DNA of 63,624 bases, counting the filler, from Reticulomyxa filosa (lineage: Eukaryota; Protista; Foraminifera): the NCBI GenBank assembly GCA_000512085.1. It is 26 parts of 26 records of this genome, joined end to end, with 100 filler letters (N's around TTAATTAATTAA, not from the genome) between each part and the next. Parts side by side here need not be neighbours in the genome. Positions count along the whole stretch, not along the records: positions 19,052 to 25,158 come from ASPP01011357.1; positions 25,259 to 33,238 come from ASPP01027629.1; positions 33,339 to 37,549 come from ASPP01015685.1; positions 37,650 to 40,224 come from ASPP01001745.1; 22 more parts are not named here. The stretch is one strand, 5' to 3'. The notes under the pieces were generated by a model that searched no databases, was not told the DNA's origin, and saw only the letters and a list, made by a program, of their open reading frames with translations. Each line of letters begins with the position of its first letter. Positions within the stretch are counted from its first letter, which is position 1. The translations under genes and the position numbers were made by a program. Shown piece after piece: positions 23,243 to 38,572 of this stretch.

Positions 23243-24189
23243 TGGTATCACTAATGAAATAGCCGGATTTTATATTATCGCTTTGCTGTTTTGTTTGCTT
23301 TAAAACTAGCGTAGGTAACGCTGAGGTTTTTCGGTTTGTCTTGTTTTTCTTTCTTTTAATTTTTGTAAAAATTCTTTTCGCTTTGGCTCTGTCAATTTTT
23401 AAATATGTTCGCTGTTTGAAGAAAAGTAAGCAGCTTTTTTTTATCGAAAAGTTTTGGCATTGTTTTCTATTACTTTCGTTGTACATCCCCTCATTATTTT
23501 TTCTTCTTTAACATAGCACATAATAACCAAAAGATAGTCCTTTAAAAAAAAAGTTATAAATACTAATTGCTACGAAATAATATTCCTTCAAAAAATCCGT
23601 CCAGCTGTAGCAACAAATGCAGGGAAACAGTTTTCAAATTTTTGTTTTATGTTTTATTTGGTGGAAAGACATTTTTTTACATTGCACATTGTAATAGCAG
23701 CATTCTGCAAAACAAAAAAAAAAACATGCAAGACACACTGCGTCTTGCAAAAAGTTTTGGTTACAAAGAAGTATCCAAAAGGTATTCCCCAAAAAAATCT
23801 CAATTCAACACACACACAAAAGTAAACATTCCGATCAGAATAACACCAAGGTTGAAGAGACATGCAAAAGAAATAAAACTTATACATGTATTGCATATAT
23901 TAGTGAATAACCCTCCCCATATAAGGTTGAAAATGTGAATACAACAGAAGAAAAAATTGAACAAAAACAAATAAAAAACAAAAAAAAAGATATTTTGAAC
24001 AAACAAGAAAGAAGTATCGGAATAAAATTGCTGATTTGTAGTTTTCAAGACAACTTTACAGAAAAAAAAAAAAAAAATTATAAGATAGATAATGCTATAT
24101 GCTTCCCTTTTTTTTTTTCTTTTTTTTGTTTGTTGTTCCTCTTATCAAACGAACGAGCAAACATATACATGAATAAAATGCAAACCTTA

Positions 24190-25158
<969 letters not shown>

Positions 25159-25369
25159 NNNNNNNNNNNNNNNNNNNNNNNNNNNNNNNNNNNNNNNNNN
25201 NNTTAATTAATTAANNNNNNNNNNNNNNNNNNNNNNNNNNNNNNNNNNNNNNNNNNNNAAAAAAAAAAAAAAATAGGAAAAACAGGAAAAACAGGAAAAA
25301 CAGAAAAATAAAAAGCAATTTCGAGAGGAAAACCAATATTTTCTGGAATTTTCGTTTGGAGTGGAATTG

Positions 25370-25834
25370 CTGCGAATATTTTCACTGTGTTTGGACTCGA
25401 AAGCAAACGAGAATGAAACGACGCATTGAAGGCGAGTATCCACAAACACAGCGGAGAAGTATATAATATATTGCGGGAAAAGAATGTGTACCGGTCCAAC
25501 TTGGACGTGATGAACTGGCAATTGAACATGTTTCTGGGAGACATGTCCAAGATGATTCGCGACATGAAACGGTACATTGGACAAGCCCGGAGCACTGTGA
25601 ACAAAGAGGAGGAAGTAGAAAAAAACGGTGACCAATCTTCCGAAGCACAAGCAGCCTTGTTCTATGGATATTTGACAAGAATGTTTTATCTTTGTCAATT
25701 GGACTACCGTGTCATCCAACAGCATTTTGCCGATGTGTTTATTTGCAGTTTAGTTGCAGTTATATCCATTTGTGCTTTGCATGTTTTTGATTATAGTAAT
25801 GATGTAAAGACGTATGTATATGCACATTTATATT

Positions 25835-25879
<45 letters not shown>

Positions 25880-28800
25880 ATATGTATATATGTATATATG
25901 TGTACAGTTTGCAATGAAGAAGTCGCGACGGAAACCACCGATGGTATAATTACACAGATTATCGAAGGCATATTTGAAACGTATCAAAATGTGAGCGATT
26001 TGCCTTTATTAATGGAATTATTAATTGACATGTTGACAGGCAAAAAGTGCTATTTCAAACAAACGCTTCCGCCACAGCTGGAGCGCTCTCTCTGCGTCAC
26101 TCTGACAAAGTACTTGACTCAATATCATGTGCCTTCCAATCAACTTGCGCAGATATGGAAATTTTTCCTCAATGGCTTCGATTGGCTCACGCGAGCTACC
26201 GAGTCGGTGGGCATAGTGGACACCAACGCGAACAACGTAGTAGAGGAATGGACGCGCATGGAAGCGTTTATCAACAACTACAACATGTGGACGTTTTTTT
26301 CGACATTTCTTTGCCATCTTCGAGTTGATGAAAACAACGCACCGTTGTTGAAAGAGTACGTGGATCGCACCGGAGATTATGTGGCGGATCTGTGGCATTA
26401 TCTCCTCTTCAAACCTTTTCTTCAATCCCTTCTTGCCATCAAAGAATCCAAAAAAAAAAAAAAAAAAATAAAAAACGACGGTAATGACAATGGAGAACAA
26501 GAAGAAAAAGAAGAAGAAATAAAAGAAAGCAACAAACCGATCGATTCTGGTCCAGTCCAAGATGCCCTCATCCATCTCACTCAATATTCCAACGAGATCA
26601 TGGACGCGCGTGATGTTATTCACAGCAATGTAGCCCTGTTGAAACAAGCCGTGCATCGCTGCCACGACTTGATTGATTCGCACATGCAAGACCTGCACAA
26701 CATTATCGACAAAAGAAAAGAGCAGTTATTAGAAGGCTTGAAGTCTTTTGAACAGCAGAATTCCACGTTTTTATTGCAACAATTGGTGAAACTTAATTCA
26801 GTTTTGTTTCTATACAAAATTGTATGTATGTATGTATGTATGTATGGGTCTATTTGTATATTTATGAATAATGTATACGTTAGGTGTTAGCAACATATGA
26901 AAGCGCTCGCCACACAGCAATAACAATGATTGGTGGTAGTGACAACAAAGAAAGTGACAAAGTAGTAACAATGAAGGAAAGTGCTAAAGATGTCGAACTC
27001 AAGATTTTGAAATTGGCAACAACGACATTATCATCAACCTATCCCAAACCCAAAACTACAACAATCCCCAATTTGGACGTGGGACTTTCCGTCGTCTCTT
27101 CGTTGCAGTCGTTGTTGAGTTCCGAACAAGCGCTTTACGAAGAGAAACCCAAAGTGCTGGAGCAGATTAAGCTAAGTCCAAGTAAGCGCCGCATCATGAT
27201 GGACCTGTTGTATATCCACGTCGAATGCAAGCGCATTGAAAAGCAAGCCATCGACTTTGACTCGTACAAAGAGTACGATCCATACCCGTCGTTACCAGAT
27301 TTTTTCCATTCCATTGTTAGCGCCAAGAAAATCAAAAAGCAGCTTCACAAATATGAATTGCATTACTGTTAAGTTGTATTATCATCTATTGTTTGCATAC
27401 AAAAAGAAGAGAGAGAGAGAGAGAGGAGATTTCAAATACAACATTGCGTCAATTATTTTTTTTTCTTCACATATATATACTCTTTATGTATTGTGATTGA
27501 ATGTGCGAATGCAACAGTGGTGAAGAAAATGAATAAAATGAATGCCACAATGTTTCGACATTACGAGATTATTCGCCCTGCATTGATCTTTAGCACGTGT
27601 TATCGCGTCAGTGAATTGTTCATGTATACAAATTCCTTCAGCATTGTGGTGGCACATGACTCCGAAATTAAGCAATGGAACTCGCAGCTGCAATACTTGT
27701 GCAATTGGCTGATTGTTCAATTCACTGAGTCCAATGCCTTGGACTTGTGGAAAGAAATCGTTTTACATCAATTGAACTTGAAACCATCTCTCGTTGATTC
27801 GGGTTCAGATACCATCAGTGACGGGCAACAGCTGCAACAACAAGAAGAAAAGGAATGGAATATCTGTGAAAATACATTGTTGCATGCGTTGACCAGAAGC
27901 TGTGACGAAACTCATTTCCTCAAATGGTTCAAGTATTTCTTGAGATTCAACTACCCATATTTTCTAACGAAAACCAGGGCCACGGCAAACAATTCAACGA
28001 AAGATGAGACGAAAGATGAATCTCCTTCCAAATTCATTGCACAGATTGGTTTGTTCGATCAATGTTGGTTCTTCCGAACGTACAACGCGTTGAAATATGT
28101 ACCGAACTGCATTGTAGAAATTATTCAGAGTGATTGGACAAAAGTGATTGAATTGACTCGAGTTCTGTATACACGTCTGTTTATTTGATTGGTTGAGAAA
28201 GAGCATTTGTCATTTGTTATATCTTTGACACATCATCGCTACATTTCAAATAAGCCCTTGTATACACCTTTGTTTGTTAGAGCAAACAAGACAATGATGC
28301 CCAACCACTCGCTCAAGCCATACACGACGAATTCTTATCCATAAAAATGAACCTTTTCAAATGGAAAAACATAAAGAATTGGAATGAAAAGCACGCCAGA
28401 ATTGTCCGACATATCAATACGCTTCATGCCATACTTGCGAAGAAACGCAACAAAGACCAGTCTTTTTACGTGCGATGGAACTACTTGATGCACTTTTTGC
28501 TCAAAATCGACTTGTCTGACGAATTCAATGTCGATGCGTCTTTGTTGAGCCAAGAGTATCGCTCTTCCGATGGCTATTGTGTCCCCATCCGAACGGGTCT
28601 ACAATTTGCGCTCGCTATCGAAATCGTTATCATACGACCGTTGGTGGAACAAGCGTTTAGCGCTGGCAACCAAACAATAACGTTGGACGACGAATTTTAT
28701 GCGTTTGTTCAAACCAATCACAAAGTCATCACCTTTTTATTGGAACAACTCTTGGCTAAAAATGAAGCTATCCCACCATCCCATATCCTCAAAAAATTAA

Positions 28801-31418
28801 TTCAATATTCTGCACCGCTCGCTGCTGCGCAAAAGTTTCCATTGTGGCAGCAATTTGCTTCAAAAATTGTTATATTGTTTGCTAGGTGTGTTTTATTATT
28901 ATTCATTTGTCAAAATAAATAAAAATCGTCGTATACAAATATATACATATTTGTATATGTATGTATATATATATGTATATGTATACGTATAAAAAAAAAA
29001 ATAAAGAAATGCGATTCAAGCTATTCCTCAACCAAAATTGGCCATTATCAATTTCTTCGAGCATACGCACGCCAAATTTGGTATATTTGTAGAGCCGTCC
29101 GAAGCAGAAACGGAGGAATATCTCAAGAACCAGGCTTGCAGTAACCTCAATTCCGATAATAAAAAATTCAATGACAAATTTTTGAAATGGATGGTAACAT
29201 CACTGTTTAACAGTTTGAAAAAATGAACAGTGCAAAGACCGTGGATCAATCCCTGTGGTGGAACATGCGATTGTTGGGACAATTTATGAAAGTGTACGCC
29301 CAATACTGTGAGATCCTCAATTCTTTTATGCTTGGCACTCCGGGCAGGTCTGTTTATTTGTTTATCTGTTTATTTTTTATGTTGTATTATGTTTGGTGGT
29401 CATTGATTTTGAATGGGCAAATGTGTGACGATGTACAAATTCCTAAGACATGACCTGTCGAAAAAGCAGATTCGTGTATGGAAAAATAACCAATGTCAAG
29501 TGTTTATTCCCAAAGACATGATATTGTTGATGTGCGAGTGCTTGACTATCGTGACAACTTTCGATAGCACACACTGGCAAGGCATTAACACAGATGTGTT
29601 ATGCGTCCTATTTGGAAGTGCATTGACCATGATCTATTTGTCCACAAGGCGCTTTGTGATAAACTATGAAACGATTCGTGATTGTTAAGTTACTTTTTTT
29701 TTTTTTTTTTTTAAACAAACGTATACCGAGCATATTGTTTTTGAACAAACTTGTGCATTACAATTCATCACTTCATAGTTGTGTCCAAACAATGGCCGGC
29801 CACGTTTGATAATGTTCTGACGAACATATTTGCATTCGCGAATCACATATTGGCCAAAAATGAAAAAAATAGTCAAATGATGGTATGCGCAAAGACACTG
29901 CATCAGCTAAGTGATACTTTGAAAGGCATACAACCACATTCGAAATTGAATATGACCGTAATATTGAAGACCATGTGGATATCACATTGCAGCACTTACC
30001 TTTGTTTATTGAAGAAACTCCACTTTCCAATAAAATTTTGCATACATTGATGAGTAGTACTCTTGTTTGCTGTGCTAAAAATAAAAAAGTGTGCAAACAT
30101 CTCATTACGTTCTTGTCCAGCACTATTGAAAATATAACAAAATTGCCCTCTATCACTCGTGCTGATTGGGATCGGGCGTGGTCTGTATTTAAGTGCATGC
30201 AAGTGTTTAATCATCAAATTGAATATATTTGTAGCCAAGGGGAAAATAAGTTGGCTTGGGTATCCCACATGTATCGTCCACTGCTATTCCATTCTGTCGA
30301 GCCACTTTTTCCATTATTTTCCAACCTCAAAAACGTGAATGACAAAAACACCTCTATTTTGTTTGAAACACTCATCAAAATGTTGGATGATTTTTGCGGG
30401 CAGCCTGCTTTGAAAATTGATGTCCATGTCATTCTCTTGTCATTGCATGCTATTCGACATGTCTTTCTTCATTACAAAACAGACAATGAATACTCTTCCA
30501 TGCCTTATTCGACGTATCAACGTCTATCGCAGCTGCTTTTGCATTTGATTATCTTTCATCAACAGTTTTTCACTATTGACACATTTAGTGGCTTATATTT
30601 TTTATTATTACGAGGTAATATGACTATACCTTATATACACATATATGTATTTTTTATTATTATTTATTTGTCTTGTTCATGAGCGTAATTAATAAGGACA
30701 CAATCAATGTTATGTTCAAAGGTATGATAACCATTGGCTTCCATCATATTCGAAACTGGTCAAACGGCCTTACTCAAACCAATAGCATTTTATTTGTCAA
30801 TGAAATGAGTCGATTGACAACGATAATCACAAAAAAAGTGGACACTAAAGATATTCGCTTGGCAATGAAAATAAAAGGTAGCAACCAACAGGAATCGGAT
30901 TCTGAATCTGATCTCGAAGCAAATGCAGGTCCATTGCAAGAGGAAGACGCAGGTGGCCACGGCCAAGAAGAGGAAGAAGAAGCATTAGGGAATAATGATT
31001 ACGCCAGTCTAGAGGACTTGACACTATCTCAACAAAACACTTTGGACGAAGATCAAACAAAAAATAAAGGAGACGCCTTCAAAAATGAGCATCCCCTATT
31101 TTTTCACATGCGAAGCCTATTGAGAGAATTTGTGTTCTTTATTAGTGACCACAACGTAAACAATGATATTAAGAGATTGATTTTACCAGCAATCTTTAAC
31201 ATCATTGACAACCTTATGTTTGAAGGAGGACAAACGTATGTCAACGAATGTTTCTTTTCTTGTGCTTATGAAAAAATCAAAATTACACGTTTGGCTTCTA
31301 AATGTACTGTGCACACTATAGAATGGACAAAGCATTGGATGAATTAAAGGGTCGTCATAAACCAACGTTGATTAGTATTTACAGTGAGTATCACAAATAC
31401 AGAAAACGCGCAGAATGA
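25370..31418 (+). CDS. Large multi-exon alpha-helical protein, URB2/Npa2-like (ribosome biogenesis) by C-terminal resemblance; 5' end uncertain
   Basis: About 10 consecutive + strand exons. The C-terminus LLREFV...IKRLILPAIFNIID...TLISIYSEYHKYRKRAE* resembles the Urb2 domain pattern (judged from memory, not searched). Confidence 0.5.
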
Positions 31419-32115
31419 TGAACGGTCAAACTTTTCACGAGGGTCAGCTCTAAATAGTTGTGTTATAACGTGAGTTATTAAAGTTGTTTGAATTATTGCT
31501 ACTTTTTTTTTGTAAGGTGCTATCCTTATGATAATAAATCTCGTAAAAGAACATCTCGAAGCATTATTGTCATAATGTATATCCTACCACCTCGCAATAC
31601 TTTAACAAAAGTTGAAATTTAAATAATTTGCCACATTCTCACTTTTAACTTTGCGTATACAACGTATTTATTATTTCCACGAGTACGCAAAAAAAAAAAA
31701 GAAATGCTTGGTTAATTTTGAATACGAGGCATGATTAATTATTCCACTTATAAAACATACAATTTTTTGAACAAAATTAAAATTGTTTGTTGGTATGTCT
31801 TTGGTAACATCTGGCACAATGCATTTTAAATTGTCCAATCTCAAATATTTTTTGTATTGAAAAAAAGTTTGAAAATTTGACAAAGAAACATCACTTTCGA
31901 AAAAGAACCCTTACATTATTTCAACAACGAACAAGAAACGAATAAACGAATAAAGACAAAAAAGAAATAACCCTCCACACAAACAGTTTTAAGATTCTCA
32001 AACAAAACAAAAAAGATCGCAAAAAAACGTTTTAAAGTCACATCTCAAAAGAAACGCGTCATGAGCAAAAAAAAAGAAAAAAACTATACAAAATCGGATC
32101 ACTAAAAAAAATCTT

Positions 32116-33238
32116 TTACGAAAGGGCTCTTTCAAGTATTTTATTGTTTTGAATCAATTTATCAAATGTAGAAGTCCTTCGAATAATATCAACTTTATTT
32201 TCATCACCAAGTTTACGTTCCCAATCATGTTTAGTGGTAACAGTAAAATTTTCAACACTGGACAAGAATTGTTGGAACATAATACTTTGTTTAAAACGAG
32301 GAAAACTTTAAATATTATTGTAATATTAAAATTATATATTAAATTACATATAATATATAAAAATAAATAAATAAATAAATCTAACCTGTCTCTTTCAATT
32401 AATGTAATAACGCAATGTAAACAATCATCAAACATATTTTCTGTAATATTTTTATCTTGTACTTGTCTTAAAATATTTCTTTTAAGACGACCAGAAATAT
32501 TAATTTGTTGATCAGCAGAATCAGCAATAAAAGCATTACAAATAATATTTGCCATATCAATTTTAGTATTTTGATGAAGAAACGTAAATGATTTTTTATA
32601 TTCTCGAATAGCTAAATAAAAATGAATATTTTCAGCAGAAAATTCACTCTCTAAAAACATTGTAAAATATCTTAAAGCTTTTGGAATTTGTAAAATAGTA
32701 TTTAAATCACAATTATATCTGCTTAACATAATATCAAACCATTGACGAGCTTGAGGTACTTGTTCAAAAAAAAGATCAATATTCTTTTTTTCCATTTCAA
32801 ATATTACACAATCGCATTTACAAACGAATCGAGGAAGAGAAGATTGATTATTTTTATCTGTTTCATCTTTATCTTTATCTTTTTCATTTAAAAGTGATGT
32901 TTCTCCAAAATAATGACCTGGAGATAAAACTGACGCTTCAATTTCAGAATACATTATCCCATCTTTTATAAAATCAACTACATTACCATTATCAATTATA
33001 TTATCATCTTTATTATTATTATTATTATTTTCTTTTTCTTTTTCCTTTTCTTTATCTTTATCTTTTTCTTTGTCTTTTTCTTGTTCTCGAGATTTGGTTA
33101 CATCTTCAATTAAATCAGCCAATCGAACTTCTTTATCAATAGTAGTCGAACGAATAGGTGCAGATGTATTACGAACGTGTTCTTTTTGTGGAATTGTTAT
33201 TGTTATTGCTGTTGCCGTTTCTGTTACTGTTGTTGCTG
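32116..33238 (-). CDS. Cyclic-nucleotide-binding domain plus RGS domain protein (5' partial)
   Basis: LSPGHYFGETSLL (cNMP). FTMFLESEFSAENIHFY...QINIS...IERD|FPRFKQS (RGS). Intron at about 32306-32384. Confidence 0.85.
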
Positions 33239-33475
33239 NNNNNNNNNNNNNNNNNNNNNNNNNNNNNNNNNNNNNNNNNNNNTTAATTAATTAANNNNNN
33301 NNNNNNNNNNNNNNNNNNNNNNNNNNNNNNNNNNNNNNCAGTTTTGCACTTTGCAATATCAACAATTAAGGAACATAGAAACGAAGCCGAAATGGCGATA
33401 AATGCAAGAAATCTACCACGTTTCGATTGGGTTGAATTGAATTGATAAAATAATTTTCTTACAAAAATTCAAGTG

Positions 33476-34879
33476 TTACTTTTTATCACGTGTCTTTCCC
33501 GAAAAAAGTGTGAAATTTACAAAACAAAGAGAATAGCATATAAATTGATTTAAAAAAAAAAGGTGGTTATTCTTTTTTAGTATCATTAGAGGTCGATTGA
33601 GTTTGCGTTTGGGCTTGGGTTTGAGTTTGTTCTTTTTCAGTAGTTTCGGTGGTTTTGTGGTTTCAGAAGTGGTCGTGACAACTGCTCCTTCTCCTTTACA
33701 ATAGATGCCATTAAGCCTGTCAATGACCAAATCAACCAAGACCAGTGAGTCCTTTAACCATCGTTCGGCCATTATGCCAATGGCGGTGCAGTTCAGTTCG
33801 ATGATGTAATCCTTGCCGTTTTTGCCGTGAATTCCATCGATGGCTAGTATGTCCATTCCCCCAAAGAGTTTGCTGCACTCGTCCACCCACAGCTTGTATT
33901 GCGGTGTCAGTTCGTCTCCCATCAAGGCCGCCCCGCCAAAGTGCGACTTCCATCCGCTGCCAGTGAACAGTTTTTTCATCACACAATAGCTCGGCCCGAC
34001 TTTCTGAATGCGAAAGCCGTATTCGGGGTCTATGAACGGTTCGCCAGTGCAATAGTTATCATTCAGCGCAACAATAGTGGACACGTCATGGAATTGGTTG
34101 TGGTTGTCCACTTTGATCTTGCCCATGCCAGCATGAGCATGGGAGACTTTCCCAAAAAAAAAAAAAAAAAAGTACGTATACTACTTTATTTATTTAAAAA
34201 AAAAAGTTTACAAAAAAAAAAAAAAATTATTTTTTTTTTGTAAATTTTTTTTTTTTTTGTTAAAACTTAACCTTTGATAACAGCAGGCATGTCTGGTGTA
34301 ATGATCATTTGACTATCGCCACTGTAATACGTAACCGGAATCAAAGGGAACTTATCAGCACCCAGCTTGGCTTCGACGGACTTAAGACCTGCCAACATGA
34401 TCGGTCTTTCCAAGTTGTTGTAAATACTTTGCCACGAATTGATCGATGGCACGTTCGCCATCATGAGCCCAAACATCACGTTGCGACAGTCCGTGACTGG
34501 TGTCGGCCCTCTTGGCTGGTTTCTCACTAACACAAAGTCCGGCTGGATTGTGCACGTGCTCCCCTCTTTTATCACGTCGTCCGACTCGCGAATTGGCTGC
34601 AAGTGCACGCGAGGACCATCCGGGTACGTAGTTATCGACGCTTTGTTCCACGACGTTTGGTACACGTGAATTGTTTGTCCTCCCTTGCACGTCTTCTTTG
34701 CAAACAACTCACACCAGTTATGCCCTTGGTTCCCGTCGAACACTAGCACCACAAACCTCTTTTTGGACGGCTTGTCGCTCTTCTCATCTTCCGGTGCTGG
34801 GCTTGTTTTTGTGCTGTTATCAGCTTCTTTTTGCTCTGAGGCTTGCTCAGTTTTTTTTTGAACGTCCAAAAATATTCAT
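33476..34879 (-). CDS. Synapsin-like ATP-grasp protein, 2 exons
   Basis: PDFVLVRN, VPSINSWQSIYNNLERP, VIKV|SHAHAGMGKIKV, YCTGEPFID, RIQKVG, YKLWVDECSKLFGGMDILAID and DYIIELN. ATG at 34879 with a probable A-run frameshift. Confidence 0.88.
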
Positions 34880-35277
34880 GATTATTTAAGGGAATTCTCC
34901 TTTTTTTTGTTTTCTGTTGAACAAACTTGGTGTGTATCTTACCAAGCTTTGCAAAAAAAAAAATTTAAAAGTTTTTAGACAGTGGGGAGTCGTCTCTTTA
35001 AAACTGGTAGTTAATCTCACGAGAAAAAAAGCCCACGAAACTGTTTTAAAACAGAAAACCGAATAACTTTGTCACATTGTAATATTTAAAGTCTACCCAA
35101 AAAATTTTTTCTCCTTTAAACTATAAAAGATGTAGATGGTCAAATTTAATTTTTTTTAAACAGGGCTTTAAGGATTTTTAGAGTGATGTTGCGTCGGTCT
35201 CATAATGAGAAAAAATTTTAATTTTTTAAAATCGCAAGTTGTTGTTTGCAAAGACAACAAACAAAAATGTATCTACT

Positions 35278-35791
35278 ATGTCACAATTGCCAATAACTAT
35301 AAAAACGCATCCCGAGGATGTATCAAGTCTACAATAATCCAACAAAATTTCCTTTAGCACAAGGATTGATGATTCGCGAAATACGCCGTAAGGACGATTC
35401 GAGATTGAACTACTCATTAAAACATAGCAAACCAGTAATAGACAATTCCAAACCTGAGCATTTTCCACTGCGAGCATTAAATAAAAAAATAAACTACCAA
35501 AATGAAAATTTGAAAACTGAGGAAAGAAGTTATCGTAAACACGACGCTTTAACAAACAGACAAGTTCTTCAAGAAAATCATCAAATTGTCAATAAAATTT
35601 TAAATGTAAAAGCACGCGCTAGTATTTACGATTTGTCCAAACACATTGAAGAAAACAAAAAAACTTTTTTGACTCACCAAAAATGCCGTGAAAGAAAATG
35701 GAAAGCTCAACAAAGGGACTTCAAAAAGAAAATGCGCGCTTGGTACAACGACTGCAAAACGTCAAACCTTCGATCAAAAGCACTGATTTAA
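35278..35791 (+). CDS. CFAP97/KIAA1430-like protein (frameshifted; possibly a pseudogene)
   Basis: SKPVIDNSKP...EER...LQENHQIVNKILNV pattern typical of this ciliary family (judged from memory). Confidence 0.45.
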
Positions 35792-37065
35792 GCATTGGGT
35801 ATTTTTTCTTCAGATTTTCTGGTGATAAATATTTCATACCATACTGTTTTTTTTTGACAGAGAACACAGGACACAGTTCTTAAAAAGGAAATGTGCCCTT
35901 CGAAAACACGACCTATTTGCACTTGAGCCTTTTTCAACTTCGCCAATGAAAAAAACAACTCATTTTACCGCCCATCAGAAATACTAATTTAAACTTCTCA
36001 AATGATTCATTTCAAATAGATGAGCCGAATAAGGAAAAATTGAATCAAAACACCAATTAAACTAGCACGTGCTTTACAAAAACCTGTCAAACAATTGAAA
36101 TTTTGTTAATTTTTGTCAACTGTACTAATGTTTCTTATTACTAATTTTAATCGGACCGAAGATTTGTTACTTTTCTACAATCTCGAAATTACATTTTCTC
36201 TACAGCATTTTGTTGCGTGTAAAATCTACATTATGTTATCTAGAATGAATAATCTATTCAGATTGTGTGAAAACAGTAGTGTTTCGAAAAAAATGAAAAT
36301 AGAATAAAAGTTATGAAAGCAAAATGAAACTTTTTTTAAAAAGGAAACTTAGTGAGAGCCCAACTTTAGTGGAAGCTCTTTTAAAATGCAGCCTTTTTTC
36401 TGGCTGATGCTATGGCATGTTTTGCCAAATTTTTGGTGTTTTTTTTTAATTTAGGCATCCAACAAACTACAACAACCAGTTTACTTATTAAATAGTTGTC
36501 AGATGCAACCCATCCCACCAGTGAAGAAAAATGAAAAAAAACTGAAGAGAGATTGAAAAAAATCTCAATTTTGAATGCAAGATTTTTCTACTGTGGAATC
36601 GATTGCACATTCTTTACAATTTTTAAAAATCCCTTTTAACTATTCAGCAAAAAAGGTCAACTGCCTTGATTAGCATATCCTACCTCGAACACAATTGCAA
36701 AAAAGTTTTCCAATTAAAAAATTGAAAAAGGTAAAGAATATCGGTGAGCATATGAGTTTCTGAAAATGAGCAAAAGTATGGGAGTAAATATCTGTGAAAA
36801 CGCAGTATTTTCAACTGCTACTTCAACACATTCTGGTGACCTGTTGTTATTGCACATTTTACGTGACGAAATGATTGTGTATCAATTGGAAATATAATCG
36901 GATCTTTTTTTTTTCTATCCTAGAGATAATAAAAATTTACGGAACCTAACGGAAAAAAAGTTACTACGCTAACAGTTCAAAAACAAAATATTTCACATTC
37001 TCTGTGGAAAGTACAACCCCCAGTTTTTAAAATAGCCCCTTTTTTTTCTACAATTTTTTTTTGGT

Positions 37066-37532
37066 TTAAAAATTGGCGTCCCAATCTTTGAAATCGGAGG
37101 GCAGAGAAATTTTCTCATGACCATCTTCCTCCTCCTCCTTGATACTCACAGCGTCAAAATTACCCGGGTCCATTTCCGACTTGACAGACGGCAGAATCGG
37201 TGCAGTCAGAGTGCCTTCGCGCAAAGCATTCCAATCAAAGCCTTGGAAAAACTGATGACTCCGAACACGATTGACGCCTCCATGAATAACGCCTAATCTG
37301 TTAATGGGCTTAGGCCTCAGCAATTGGGAGATGAAGTCTTTGGTCCAAAATGACAAATACATCGGCATTCTAAACTGGTCATTTGTCATTTCCTTAATTA
37401 CACTAAATTGGTCCATTCGAGTGGGAAATGGAGGGGCTCCAGTCACCATATCGAACAACACACACCCGACGCTGAACCAGTCTGCGCTCTTGTCGTACCC
37501 CTGGCCTAATATCACTTCAGGCGCCATATAAC
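37066..37532 (-). CDS. AGC kinase (PKG/PKA-like) C-terminal exon
   Basis: YMAPEVILGQGYDKSADWFSVG, RLG...FFQGFDW, and the AGC tail NFD...WDANF*. Confidence 0.9.
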
Positions 37533-38572
37533 CTTTTTTTTTTTTTTTTNNNNNNNNNNNNNNNNNNNNNNNNNNNNNNNNNNNNNNNNNNNNTTAATTA
37601 ATTAANNNNNNNNNNNNNNNNNNNNNNNNNNNNNNNNNNNNNNNNNNNNATCTGGCAGGTCAGAGAAGATTCATCACGTCACAAAACTAAAAAAATAATG
37701 GATTAGTTTAAAGAAAATAATAGAACTGATAAATTTTCCTCATAATTCACCAAACCTAAATTCAATTGATATCATTTGGTGGATAATTAAAGTAAAATTA
37801 TATAAAGGCGAAAAAATTAACAACAAATAACTTTGTTAGATTAAATATATAAATGAAAAAAAATTGCATCATTGACAATATTTTTTTAAGTTTAATAAGA
37901 TTGTTATTCTATTTTTATTTTCTTTCAATATTTTATCCTAAAAAAAGGAAAAAATAAATGCGCTTTCTCCAATTGTTTTGCTTATTCACGTGGCAGCAGA
38001 AGATTCTTCAAAGACAAAATAGTAATTTTCAATTGCGAAAAGTTTTCCGATCATAACTAACTAGTGTTACCATCCTTAAAAGACTTTACAAATAACATTC
38101 ACTTGTGCCGTTAGAAACGCTCTCAATCATCCCTAACAAGAGTAAACAATGAGCAGAGCGCTTGTTGTTTGTTGTTAAAAGACGAGCATTACGTCTTCCA
38201 AAATAAAAAAAATTGAACTAAACGTTACCTTGTAATCAGTTGTCTTAATTTATTTCTTTACATAATTTTTATCCGACAAAATAATTGAATAACCAGATTA
38301 TTTGATCATTGATGAAATAAAAAAACCCATTTCCTGTCTACATCAACATAACTGGGTCACTTTCAAACAACAGGTTCAAACAAATTAATAAATGACCCTC
38401 AGTCTCAATAAAATTAATCACGATTTTAATTATTCCGAATATCAAAGATTATTCATTTTTCACATTACTATAAAAAATAGCTGTTGTGAAATTTGATACG
38501 ATACATATCATTGATATTCCAATTGCAAAATGCTACAGCCAAAGCTTCAGCTTGCAAGAAAGGGTGTTGACA

